The position numbers and the translations under genes were made by a program. Under the pieces are notes generated by a model. That model was not told the origin of the DNA, searched no databases, and saw nothing but the letters and a program-made list of their open reading frames with translations. A stretch of DNA of 61,883 nucleotides, filler included, from Choristocarpus tenellus KU-1152 (lineage: Eukaryota > Protista > Phaeophyceae), in assembly GCA_964200185.2 (NCBI GenBank). It is 10 parts of 10 records of this genome, joined end to end, with 100 filler letters (N's around TTAATTAATTAA, not from the genome) between each part and the next. Parts side by side here need not be neighbours in the genome. Positions count along the whole stretch, not along the records: positions 1 to 8,364 come from CAXNAD020004805.1; positions 8,465 to 12,203 come from CAXNAD020018215.1; 8 more parts are not named here. One strand, 5' to 3'. How positions within the stretch are numbered: position 1 is the first letter of the stretch; each line of letters opens with the position of its first letter. This document shows positions 1 to 12,303 of the stretch, in pieces.

Positions 1-403
1 ACCCTCGCTCTTTTTCCTTCGACCGTCCTCCCCCCCCCCCCCCCCCCCCCCTTCTCTCTCCACCATATCTACAACTTCCTACTTGTTTACGTTCCCCATT
101 CATAGACCACTATGCCGAAATTTTCACTGTCAGTACAGTACAGAGGATCCCTTCCCTATATCTTGGGAGAGGTATTGCACACTCCCTGAGGGAGGAGAGT
201 AACAAAAAAAAGAAGAGAATGAACCACACCAAAATGAGGGATCAAGGAAACTGTGGAGGATATGCTATCTCTGGAGGAAGTTCTTTTTGATCAAAGTGTA
301 GGTGTGGGATGCTGCCAGAGTCTATCACTTCATAGCTCTGCAGTTTGGGGGAAAGCAGGGGGAGCAAAATACACCCAACCAATATCTATCTTCTCATCAT
401 TCA

Positions 404-2927
404 TCACCATTCGCTGTTGCTGCCATTATCACCTGGAGCAGGTGTATTTTGGTTGTAATGATCTTCCATGAGAAAATTGCACCTCTCCAGGATAAACTTC
501 CCCACCTTATATTTCTGCCTCTCCTCAAATGCCTCCACCTAATTTCCAATAATTGGGAGGGAGGGAGAGGGAGGTAAGGTGGGTGTGGTTTGTGCCTGGC
601 AGAAGGGGGAACAATTGTTGATGGAGATAAATAGGGATTCACCTTTCAGCACTGCATCGCTCAACAGGTAAAGGTGTAATCTAGGTAACATGATGCACTG
701 CCTGTAGAAGTAAAACGTGACCTCAGCATGGATCTTAGTATGATAGAATGCGATGTGAAAAGTTGGACGAAAGTCAGCACACTGAACAACACGTAGATCA
801 ACAAAAAAATTGGCCAGCAACCACTGTCACATCCATGCATTCATGTTGGTGGAAACCTAGAGGAACTTGAACATTGCACATAATATTTGTCAATGATTGG
901 TGGTACTACAAAGGAATAGAAGACAGAAGGCGTGACAAACATGAATGCAATACAAAGGACATGTAGAGGTGATTATCTGGTTTTTGAATAGTACAACCTT
1001 ATTTGGGGTGCAAGACACTCTCCAGGTCCTCATACTTCAAGAAAGAATCTTGGATCCTCCACAGTGATTTACCAATTTCAGTAGTCAGCAAGACCTCAAG
1101 TCAGTACCACCAAAATTTTGTCATAATTCAATAACAGACAAGGAAATCGGTGGTTTAGACTCACATATTTCCACCCAAGTACAGTACTACAGCACGAACA
1201 AGATATATCTGCCACAACATGAAGGCCAGTCATGAGGTGTCGATCCTCAAGCTTTCCCATCCTCACATTCACACAGTGCTCAAACAAAAAAGCCCGGCCA
1301 CCATGTCCATGAAAATGCTGTTTGAGAAGGGAGCATAACATCAATGCACGATGAATCAGGGGTTGATCTTTTGCATGAGTATGCCACAGAAGTGATGTGA
1401 TGTATGTAACAAAAGTCTCCAAACAAATGTCCCTGTGCTACAGACATGACTAGTTAGAGGGAAGCATTGGAACATCAATTATCAAGTGATGGGCGCTTCT
1501 GATCAAGGAAAAACAAAGTAATGTATCTGAGGGTTGGCAACACAAAAAGAAGAAACACCATGGGGGTGGCCGTAGTCAGTAGAGAGAAAACCCAAAAGGC
1601 ACTTCAGTGCATTTTATTTCTATTGATTAATGATTCAGTAACCCCTCCCCCCCAACAAAGTAGCACAGGCTATCATGCTCTCTTTCAGAACTCCATACAA
1701 GGCACATGGTTTCTGCCTCAGGCAAATTGTTCATGAGGCCCATCCCTTACCCTTTGTAATGGATTAAGATCAGGTTTCAATTCTTGACAATATCGCTGCC
1801 CTACTTGACATATTAAGGGCCTAAAGGAGCAAACATAATCCATAAAACTCAAACAACAATGTACAAGCTCTGTTGTCCACATGCAAGCTGCAATATCTTG
1901 ACATCGCATTGAAGCCTCAGCCCTTACACCGACATGTGCATCTTCCACTGCAGCCGAGGAGCAGCAAAATCAAGAAATAGAGCAAGTTTGAAGAAGCACA
2001 AATATTGCACGAGCAAGTGCCTGTGGGCATCACTTTAGATCATCCTTGTAAGAACAGCACTAACCTCGGACACGATATGGTCGCGTGTTGACAGGTGTGT
2101 GCGGCAGTGTGTGCATGTGATGACATTGCCATAACTCAGGTAGGTCTGAGGGAGGCGTAGGAATAAAGAAAGGAAGATATAAGAGCTTTTGTGAAGACAG
2201 GGAATAGGTATGGGTGTTGCAAGACCCTGAAGGTAGTCTAGTATCAGTATTCACTAGTAGCCCGGTCATCGTCAATGTGACAGCATGAACTGATCTGCAG
2301 TGATGATTGAAGTTGATAGGTATGCATTGTGGAAGGACAACGAAGTCATAGTCGAAAGTCAAACCAAGAATTAAGATCGAAAGTCAACCATATGACCATG
2401 TCCCTTTCTTCACTTTTCCCTTCCCTCTAGCTCATTACCTTGTTCGGCACCTCTTTCGGGCGTGTTGTCACCTCTTCCGGGCGTGTCGCTACCGCTTCCT
2501 GGCGTGTCGCCATCCCTTCCTGGGGTGTCACCACCCCTTGCCTGGCTAGAGTCGTCTCCTCGTTCATCGACCTCACCCCTAATACAGAATTAGCGTCCGA
2601 CGTGACCTCATCTGCCCCTTCCCTATCTACAGATCCATCACCGTTCTCAAATCCCTGAAGCACTCCCTGGATTCTGCGTCCTGCCTCAGTCGAGACACCA
2701 ATGGGTGCACAACGATAGGGTGAAAACGTCTGAGGCATACCGCCACCGAATGAAAAGAGGGACGCCCATATACTCCCCCCACCTCCACCCGATCGCATAG
2801 GCAAGGTCGAGGATACCATTGAGGACGATGCTCGGGAGGAAGAGGGCGAAAGTGAAGGAAAGGACGAATGTGACGCTGCCAATCCGACCCTACGCCGGTC
2901 TCGATTCCTCCGCACAGCTGCTGCCAT
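404..2927 (-). CDS. Yippee/YPEL family zinc-binding protein with a long N-terminal extension (4 exons, about 285 aa)
   Basis: Exons 2927-2439, 2145-2065, 1317-1165 and 538-404 are all phase 0 with GT..AG boundaries. The spliced C-terminal half reads TYLSYGNVITCTHCRTHLSTRDHIVSE|HFHGHGGRAFLFEHCVNVRMGKLEDRHLMTGLHVVADISCSCCSTVLGWKY|VEAFEERQKYKVGKFILER..., which carries the Yippee signatures (CxxCxTHL, GRAxLF, LMTGLHxVADIxCxxC, LGWKY, QKYKxGKFILE). Exon 1 (ATG at 2927, donor AAG|GTAATG) is less certain than exons 2-4. Confidence 0.92.
2448..2552 (-). repeat. Coding minisatellite, about 5 x 21 bp, in Yippee exon 1
   Basis: Imperfect 21-bp units encode TLARQGV-VTPQEGM-ATRQEAV-ATRPEEV-TTRPKEV. Confidence 0.8.
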
Positions 2928-3734
2928 GACCTCCTTCCGAAGAAACTCAAGAAAGGTCTAGGAGCGTACGTACTCGATCTATTGGCACCAAGTGAGGATG
3001 TTGAGAGGTGTGACTGCTTCTCCAAAGTCTTCCTCTTACGTTTTTCCGTGATTCTTTGGAGTAAGGAATGCAGCGGCCCACCAAGCGCTCTGGTGTAAGT
3101 CGGAATTCGAAACTAAAGCAAGGTAGGAAGGGACGACGAAGGGGCTTGAGTCACCGGTTGTTACACAGAGGGTTCGTTTCGTTGGCACTCTCCGAAACTG
3201 GAAATCTGTCGAAAAGGGGATCCAAGGTTTCCTCTTCTGCATTGATCTCATTAAGAATCGCGTTTAGCTACACAGGAGTCTCTCTTCTACTAGACAGAAT
3301 CGAGGTTTGACTGGGCAAGGTTGACCAATAAAGTTTGTCAAGATATACCTGATCGGCTTATCCAAGAGATTGGCGCGCAAGAGGGGAGGACATAGAGCAA
3401 TCGTTTCTGTGATCAAAAGAGACTTGGCAAGCAGCAGATTAATCAAGGTTGTCCAAGTAGTTATGGAAGCTGGAGTAGATAGTAGGGTTTGGACCGAGCG
3501 GTTTCTGCATTCAGCCTCTCACGTTAGGTGATCCTTCCTCCCTCCTACCAAATGACAGCCTTCTTCAACTTTGGAATCGGTGGGTGGTGCATCAGGACAA
3601 CAAAGGGAATCGGGAAGACCTCTAGATACTGTTCTTATATTTTGTGGTAATTATGGAAAATATTCTATAGAAAACTGGCTCTCATGTTGTTACTATTTTC
3701 AATATTTTGACAAACATCTTTAATTGGTAACATA

Positions 3735-3968
3735 CAACCCTTCATGAATAATTTCGATATTGTATTCCCTAGGTCCTCCCAGGTTACAGGTATATGTCAA
3801 TTGGAGACACAGGAGGGCAGTAGTAGTACAAGATGGTGAAGTAACAAATGGATTAGGGTTTTCACATTTATGACATTTTCTTTCTTTAGGGCTTATTATA
3901 CTGACAATGTGTACAGTTTTCGTTGGTTTCCCACCTGACACATCTCCAAAATGTTAGAGGGCATAATA
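3735..3968 (-). repeat. Dispersed repeat family E, degenerate copy
   Basis: The reverse complement matches the TTTTGGAGATGTGTCAGG...CATAAATGTGAAAA...CTAGGG unit found at 54268-54490 and 55068-55290. Confidence 0.7.
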
Positions 3969-5501
3969 ATATATATATCATATACCATGTATAAATGATA
4001 TATGTTGAGTTGTTGGACAAATCGTTATGTAGTGAAAACTCTTGTTTGTTCTTTGACAGTCAGATAGGTGAACCACTTAATGAAAAAAGTTGATTGAACT
4101 GGGAACTGAGTGCGAAACAGAAGGGCAAACAGTTCTAGACTGGTAACGAACATTGGTTGCCAAGGATACAAAGTAGTGCAAACCAACTTGTCAAAATATC
4201 CCCAAGACACATTCATCTGCCCTGTGTGTGTAATTGGGTGCTAGTAGTGAAGACAAGTACCATTTAACGATCGTTGCAACTTGCAAGTATTAATACGATT
4301 GTGGAAATAAATGTGCGGAGATAACTCAGATCGTCGTTGTATGATATATTGGACGAAAACAACCACACACACCACAAATCACGAACTACTTACTATACTA
4401 TTAATACTATACTACTGTATGCGAAAGTCATTTTCCGAGCAATCAATGTATACCTTCAGAGTACCCTTCCTTCAGAAGATGTACGTGAAGGTATGATTCC
4501 TCATCGCGTGAGATGCGGATTTGTTGCCTGATCACTTTAATATTGGGTTGAGTGTAGCTTACAAGCTGCTTCATTCACTTCCTTCTTAACTCCTTTCCTG
4601 AGTGACCTTCTGAGTTTTGCTCGCTCCTCTTGTGGGTTTTCCTGCTCCCCTTCAGTCTGAATAATCTGTCTGTCGGCTTCCAACTGTTTCACAGAACGCT
4701 ATTAATAAAAAAAAACTCGTTTGGGGTTGTTTACACCATAGTAGATAGAGTGTCAAAACACACTCAACAAGAAGGCCAATGTTTATAGCCCGATATTCCT
4801 CGCAAAGAACTCCTCGGTCAACAATTAAGAATACTTTAATTCGGTCCGCAGTAAATACGATCATAGAAATGTGTACACCATATGTGGATATGGGTTAACT
4901 ATGTCTCCAAGTGACAAAAATTCGGATATTTACATAAAGCTAAAGATTAACCCCAAATCGTGCAGGAAATAGGTGGGTAGAATCCTGCTTTGTTAAGGAA
5001 CAGGAATGGAGTGAGAGGGTGAGGAGGATTGAAGTTGAAGAATCAATATTTGAGTGTTGATTTAAGTACCATCATCAGCGGCGAGTTCTACATTGGCTAC
5101 TAAGAGCGTATCCTTGTGTACCACCAGCATTTCGAAGTGGTTGATTGGTGGGCTTCATAGGTTTCGGGGGTTAAATGTTTGGTCACGCGGTTTAAAATTG
5201 TGGGTAGACAATTTGATGAGACGAAGAATTGATGTTGTCAAATTGGCAGGTGTAGATGCTATCCTCTGTATGTCTGGGAGGGAGAACGAGGGTTTCGTAG
5301 TTACAGAAATGTAGTTGTGGGGGGTGTATGTGAGGTATTGTTTCCATGCATATGGAAGTATGTATACTGTGATCAAGTAGTAGTAGTGTTCAGATGTAGG
5401 TAAGCCTGGGAATGGCGTTCACTGACAATGGTCTCGAAGTGGTTACTGCCAAGTGTACTTTGGAGTGTTGACTTTGCACCGTACTATATGGTTCGACAAA
5501 G

Positions 5502-5753
5502 AAGCCAAAGTAAACGAGAGGTACCGAAGTTTTGGCGTTTGCATTTCAAGCCGATTTTCCAAATATTTGCAATTCATTCATATTTCTACGGATAAGCCCT
5601 TAGTTCGACTTGTAACGTTGGCTTCTACGTTGTTGTTTTTTCGACAGAATCCAGGAAAATTCCTAAACGCACGGGTATAAAAATACAATTTTTCCACACA
5701 TTATTCACCATCCCTCAAATGAAACTCTTGTTAACTCTCATTTACTTTGGCTC
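5502..5753. mobile_element. GAG-ended MITE family C, full copy with 4-bp TSD AAAG
   Basis: Ends are AAGCCAAAGTAAACGAGAG and CTCTCATTTACTTTGGCTC. AAAG flanks both sides. Confidence 0.75.
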
Positions 5754-6134
5754 AAAGCTCATGGGTGAGGTTTCCAACAGGACTCCCTTCGGCCTTGCCT
5801 TGCATGCATCTGCTTCAGGTCACAGTGGCAGTATGTCCCTTTCTAATGAAGAACAAAACGATTAAGGGGTGCCTCACATAGAAGATGTGGGTTCGTAATC
5901 TCGGGGGGATTAAAATCAGACATTAACACAAAGTCAGAATTAAAATATAGGTAGGTATGAAGTGAATGAGAGAGAAAGATTGAACTGGAAGGTTTGGTAT
6001 CGTCGTTTTGAATTAGAAACACAATCGGTGAATTCTACATGTATGTCAAATGAACAAACCTTTCTGTGTCTAGTAACTACATTTCAAAGTGGCTTGTGGG
6101 GTTCATAGGTTTGTTTACATGATCGAATGCTTTG

Positions 6135-6394
6135 GAGTGAAAGTATCTTAGAGGGTACGAGTTTTGCCCTGTTTGTCCATTTGGGGCTTGGCTTCCATGT
6201 TTTTTTTATGACATTTTCCTATTATTCCAAAATGTTTAGGAATAGGTAAAATGTATACGTTATGAAAAGGTGTGTCCGAAACATGGATATTGACACTTCC
6301 TAACAAATACGATAGCCAAAATAACATCAAAATCGCAACATTGGACTTTTACCCACAAATGGACGCGGCGCTACCCTCTAAAATAATTTGACTG
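6135..6394. mobile_element. GAG-ended MITE family A (about 260 bp), TSD TTG
   Basis: TIRs are GAGTGAAAGTATCTTAGAGGGTA and TACCCTCTAAAATAATTTGACTG. The internal sequence is shared with about 17 other copies in the window. Confidence 0.9.
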
Positions 6395-6979
6395 TTGGTT
6401 TCAGCAGGTTGGAATTTACTGTGATTAGTAGGTGACTTGCTCGCGTGAAAATGTACTTGCAGTGTCGAATTTGAAGGTGGTGTGGTAGTCATCCTTGTAT
6501 GTGCTGCCGATGTAGGGTCAATGATGATCTAGACAATCTTCCCCAGTTGCTGTTGTAGAAATCGATAAGCGGAAAGTAACACACACTGCAGAAAAGGGTC
6601 GAAGTACAGGAGAGTTACCCAAAGTTGTATTCTAAGGACGCTGACAAAAATACGCAAAATTCGTCTATTATTACCAATACACTTTGTGGAGTAGTGCTCT
6701 ACTTTTTCGCAACGATTTACATGTTGCGAACTGCTGAAACCTTCGGTTCAAACCTAAAATATATTACAAATCTGTGCCTCGACGTGTTGAACTTTGGTTA
6801 ATAGATGTAAGGGGGGTAACACGACCTTGCGAAGTTTGCATTTACTTCTACACACACCTCGTGTAGCTTCTGACGAAAATATATGAGGGCCTCATGTTGT
6901 AACATGGAGATGTGTTCACCACTACTCGCTTAATCGGATAAAAAGCACAGAAAAGTTTCACTCAAGATTATTATACATA

Positions 6980-8364
6980 CAGTGAATATACCTATATAAG
7001 AGAGGTCAATATAAGAGAAAACAGGATATAAGAGAGGGTAAATTACCTTGTCCCAACTTTTCCGGGTATAAGAGAGGTTTCGTCGTTTTCCTCCCAATAT
7101 CTCTTATATCAACCAAACTCGCATTTTTTTTCACTGGTTGAGTGAGGCGTTTCACAAAAAGTCATATGTAAAGTTAAGCAAAAATAACAAAGCGACAAAG
7201 GTGGTCGAGAGTACCATTACGCAGCATTGTATTCTCTTGTCTCTCAATACTGCACAGTACAGTACATACAGTATATCACATCAAGTTTAGACGACTGCAT
7301 CGTATAGATATAACGATGCTCTGCACAACGGGATGCAGCTGCAACATACAGGGCAATACTTGTGGTCCGCCACACTATACATGCCGAAAGTGTCGCGTTG
7401 TAGCTGCTATCTTCATCGCATTTGCAAAGTCGTGGATCCTTTTGATGCCAGCGAATTGAAACGCATGTGCAAATTGTGCGTGAGCCCCATCAAGTGCAAG
7501 GCTTCGAGTCCTCCAGCCAGTGACAACAGGGCGTCGAAGCACCACGATAAGAAGAACAAGGGCAAGGGGAAGGTGCTGCCAAATAAATTACGGAGAAAGA
7601 CGTGTCCTACAAGCCTCGCGGTGCTGACCATTGTAAACGCTTGAGTTTTGCAGAGAAGGTGGAAGTGTCGACAGTCCTGAAGACCATGATGGGAACTGCG
7701 GTTGCTCAAAAGTTTGGAATCAGTCACAGCACCCTCTACAAGTTGAAGGAGGAAACAACCATCATGGAGAAAGCGCAGACGCTGAATCCTGACGCCAAGT
7801 CTACCAGGGGTGCCAAACATGTCGAGGTGCATCAGCGTGTGGATTGAAAGTCTGAAAGTAGGTTGATTGTGATCGTGACTGAATTGTCTTTATGCACTAT
7901 CTGTTGATGAGGATCCTGATTGTATTTTTTGAAAATTTTCCTGTATTTCTGTCGCACTGTAGTGTCTGTACTATGTACTGTAGTATCACGGGTGGCCATT
8001 TTGCTTGTAGAGGCACGTCCCACAAGGTATCCCTATATATTAATGAGGATCTCTCTAATGCTCTTGACGCTCTGCACCTCAAACCTGATCGAAAACCGCC
8101 TCAGGCTTCCATCGACCCAAGGAGAACGTGGATTGGTGTGGAAGACAACGATGAAGTGGCCAATGCGATGCTAGAGGACATGACAAGCTGCTCGAGGAAT
8201 CCTTGTGCCAGTCAGACAATGAAAGCTCGGGTGACGAGGAGATGATGATGGTTTTATGGGAGGGGGCAGCATCAGGAGCTGCGAGGAAAGGAGTGTTCGA
8301 TTAGACTCTTCCAACTCTATCGGACAGTTACGGTAAATTATTTATGGAGTAATGGAACAATCAA
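6980..8364 (+). mobile_element. Degenerate pogo/Tigger-like DNA transposon (left TIR plus transposase HTH remnant)
   Basis: TA|CAGTG... terminus at 6980 followed by clustered (A)TATAAGAGA subterminal motifs (6994-7110). ORF 7602-7847 reads KRLSFAEKVEV...VAQKFGISHSTLYKLK...KSTRGAKHVEV, the CENP-B/psq-type HTH pattern of pogo transposases. No DDD core is visible and the contig ends before a right TIR. Confidence 0.7.
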
Positions 8365-8464
8365 NNNNNNNNNNNNNNNNNNNNNNNNNNNNNNNNNNNN
8401 NNNNNNNNTTAATTAATTAANNNNNNNNNNNNNNNNNNNNNNNNNNNNNNNNNNNNNNNNNNNN
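8365..8464. other. Artificial contig linker N44-TTAATTAATTAA-N44
   Basis: An identical 100-nt spacer with stop codons in all six frames occurs 9 times. Confidence 0.99.
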
Positions 8465-8623
8465 GTCACTACCCTTGTTCTGGACACACCTTTTCATAAC
8501 GTATACATTTTACTTACTACGAAACGTTTTGGAGTGGGAAAATGTCATAAGAAAACCCATGGGAAGCCAAGCCTCAAACGGACAAATAGGGAAAAACTCG
8601 TACCTTCTAAGATATTTTCACTC
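8465..8623. mobile_element. MITE family A, partial (contig start)
   Basis: Ends ...CTCGTACCTTCTAAGATATTTTCACTC. Confidence 0.85.
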
Positions 8624-8829
8624 TGCTTGAGTTTCTGCTATATTGGTCTGTGACATGGACAGTCCACATATATGAACCCTTGCTCCCATCATCACATCTC
8701 TTACGTTGCATCGAATATCGCAAATGGAAACAAACTCATCATACCTGTTCCTACAAGGTTAGCCTTGTGAAGACTGGGTGTGATAGTATTGAGTCGACTG
8801 TACGAAAATTGGAGTCTCCTGTTTGTAGT

Positions 8830-8899
8830 TGTCAGAACTTCTGTTTGCAGTGTCAGTACTTCTGCTTGCAGTGTCAGTACTCCTGCTTGCAGGGTCAGT
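8830..8899. repeat. 21-bp tandem repeat, about 3.3 copies
   Basis: ACTTCTGYTTGCAGTGTCAGT units. The minus strand reads LTLQAGV-LTLQAEV-LTLQTEV. Confidence 0.85.
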
Positions 8900-11121
8900 T
8901 GCACGCATGAGGGAGGATCAACTTCCAAAATAGTTGATGTGTTGGGGAGCTTACAGATGGACCAGGGAAGCAAGGTGGACGGGAGAAGAACTAGTGGATA
9001 TGCCTACAAGACGATCTTGAGAAGTTCGGGATCACAAGTGAGAGGCAAAGCACGATAGGGCAACCAACCAACACAGATGGTACAAATGTTTAGTTGATGG
9101 GAGATTGGCATTCCAAGTAAGCTGCCATAACTCATGTACATCATGTCAAAGGAGAAGCGAGGTAGCCCAAGCAGCTGAGGGCAAACGTGCACTCACCACA
9201 ACCACCACTGCCTGCGGAGTGCTGCTCTTCCAATGTGTTTCTCTTTTCGGGGGTTGATTATTCTGTTATCCTTTTTCTCTTTCTTTTGTAGTGTGACATG
9301 GAGAGTGGTGTACTCCACATTGAATGGACCTAGTGTGACTCAAGCTATTAGGAAATGGTCAAGGAGGCTGCTCACATGTTGAATTTAGCGGTTTCGAACC
9401 CAATTAAGGCCAGACTTCTTAACGGAAACGTGCTTCGATTTTCCAATTCCGTATGGCAAGATCAACGGCTCGTACACCTATACTCTCCTGTCTGTGAGCT
9501 TACCGTAAAACGCTGGACAAGATCAAGGTGGTAATGTGAAGGCAGGTCCAGCAAAAGATGAAAGCAAGGAGATGGAGAAAACAAGTGGAGAGAGTGCTGA
9601 ACCCAATGCACACCAAGCAAGGCATGAACATAGGCAGTACACTTGTAACAGTTAGGTATTGTAGTTAGTATGAGAAATGGTGTAATGTTGAGATGACAAG
9701 ACAACCGGCCGAGCTAGTACCCAGACGAGAGTGAAGGACGACTGATAAATAACAGAAATAGTACACTACACCTCGTTTCTCTCATACATACACTGAGCTA
9801 CTTCGACCTCTCTTTTCTCTGTCTCCTTTCTTCTTGTCCTTTTTCTTTCTTCTTTTCTCTTTTTCATGGTACCTGTACATCGCAAGCCCCATGTACTCTC
9901 TTCTTTTACTGTCACTCCACCACAGATCTGGACCCATTAGACTGACCTGAAAAAGGAGGAGGAGAAAAAATAATATTTCGTTTCCAGGTGCTCGTATCTA
10001 CGCATCCTAAAGAAGGGGGCGTAAAAATATCTAATGACGCCCCATCCCACCCCAAGAAGTCGGTCCCTGCACGATTTTGCTACGCGCCCCTCCACAACAA
10101 GAAACAGAATGCAAGGCAGAGAATGCAGAAAACACAACAAATACAACAGCAGACTTTGCATTCCTTCGATAACTTCCTTTTAAACATCAACAGTAGGCTA
10201 GAAATATTTGAACACTTTATGCAACTCCTTAGCTTAACTTGATCATCAAAATGTTGGTTTGGCTTGCAGCAGGCACAGACCAACCATGGCGTAGTTCCCC
10301 CCTGTGTCTTTCCTCCTGCTGCAGCTGGAGCACCTTGGATGGTAGATGGTGGAGCTTCTCCTTGAATCCCTCAGGGACAGACCACACATATACACCCTAT
10401 GCGCCTTCCTCCAAAGGTTCCACCAGGACTGAGGCTGCTTTGTGATAGATGTTCTCCTTCTCCTATTTTCCACAGCACTAGCCCCACGGCCTAGCCCCAG
10501 CACACAGCCCTCGCCTAGAACACCCTCGTCCGCCTCTGTGCCTTTCCTCCTGATGCTGTTAAAGCAATGTGGATGCCTGCAGGCGGGTGTTCTCCTCCTC
10601 TTTTCCCCAGCACAACCTCACAGGTTTACCCAGGCATACCCCCCAATTGTTGTTTGCTACTGGCGGCGAAAAGAAGGGCGAAAACAGTGCCAGACTGTAA
10701 ACAAACATCGATCATTGAGATCCCCGAGGTGTGCTTGCCTGCCCCATATATGTGTGATACTGGGTGTTGAGCAAAGACAAGAATGAAGTATGTGTAGGTA
10801 CCATCCACCAAGGGCGGACAGATCACTTAGCTCGCCATCATGCCATTTTTGGCTCATCAACGACAATGCCAACTACTGATACTGGAGATGTTCCAGGTGG
10901 TGTGATGCTGTTGGTTTCAGGGCTCTCCTACATTGTCACTTCCACAAACCGAATGGCAAACTTTGTACAGTGGTCCTGAAAAAAGGAAGAGATCCAAACA
11001 CAAGTTAAAAACCATTGGTCCAGTCCACCATAACTGCATCAAACCTGAACACATCCGCCAAACCCTCCTCTATGTTACCCAGAAGGCGAAAGTAGGAATC
11101 ATGTATTTCGAAGTATAGTCA

Positions 11122-11378
11122 GAGTCAAAGAATCTTAGAGGGTAGAGTCGCGTCCGTTCGGGGGTCAAATCTAGTGTTGCAATTTTGATGTCATTTAGAC
11201 CATCATGTTTACTTGGAAGGGTCAATATCCTTGCTCCCAAATCACCTTTTCTCAACGTATACATTTTACCCACTCCGAAATATTTTGGAGTAGGAAAATA
11301 TCATAAAAAACACATAGGAAGCCATGCCCCAAACGGACAAACGGGGGAAAAATCGCACCCTCTAAGATACTTTCACTC
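11122..11378. mobile_element. MITE family A, full copy, TSD TCA
   Basis: tca|GAGTCAAAGAATCTTAGAGGGTA ... CACCCTCTAAGATACTTTCACTC|tca. Confidence 0.92.
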
Positions 11379-12114
11379 TCATCATTATTTTGTTCAACGC
11401 CGCGATTGAGCTGCACTTTGCGAATACGACCATTGAAATGTTCTACCCCGTCCGTTTTCCGTTATGGGATGATTACCAACTACCAGAACAATCAGTTTTT
11501 TACGACGAAAAATCTGTATTTTTTTTACCAATATGACGTTGTATGTGCCACCATAGTGGAGGTAGTTGCGACATATACCATCAACGGTTTCGTAAGTATC
11601 TATACCAGCCCAACGCCAGAACCATGACCCTCTACCACAAATGCTGGTTCGATGTCATCCAAAAAAAAACTTTGAACAGCAGCAATCCGTCAACCATAAT
11701 CTTGTGACTTTGCCAAACAAGGGAGACTCCCAAGAACCTTTGACAACTATGTCTAAATGCGACCTTCCAAGCAAAAGTCCAAAGCAATAGATACTGACAT
11801 AGTTGTAATAGGATGCATGTAGGCCCTGTGTTACCTTCGAACGGTTAAAGTACATCAACCACAGTCATCTGACGGTCGCTGATAGTGTCCATCTACCGAT
11901 GGTACTGGTGCAATATTCTTGGGCGGAGTTGTATGAACTGGTGTAACCCTTATCAAGTCCAAACCCACCGTATTGAGCACTTCAGGAGTTGATGTAACTT
12001 TGTGTTCTGCTCTGTTTGATGAGCAACATGTGTAACAGATTGGTACCATACCCAAATCTTGTTACATCTTACTTTACGCATAGGTCTCTTATGTCTCTAT
12101 GACTACAGGTATAT

Positions 12115-12203
12115 GAGTGAAAGTATCTTAGAGGGTACGAGTTTTTCCCTGTTTGTCCATGTGGGGCTTGGCTTCCCATGGGCTTTTTATAACATTTTCC
12201 TAC
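12115..12203. mobile_element. MITE family A, partial (contig end)
   Basis: GAGTGAAAGTATCTTAGAGGGTACGAG... runs into the gap. Confidence 0.85.
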
Positions 12204-12303
12204 NNNNNNNNNNNNNNNNNNNNNNNNNNNNNNNNNNNNNNNNNNNNTTAATTAATTAANNNNNNNNNNNNNNNNNNNNNNNNNNNNNNNNNNNNNNNNN
12301 NNN
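12204..12303. other. Artificial contig linker
   Basis: N44-TTAATTAATTAA-N44. Confidence 0.99.
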
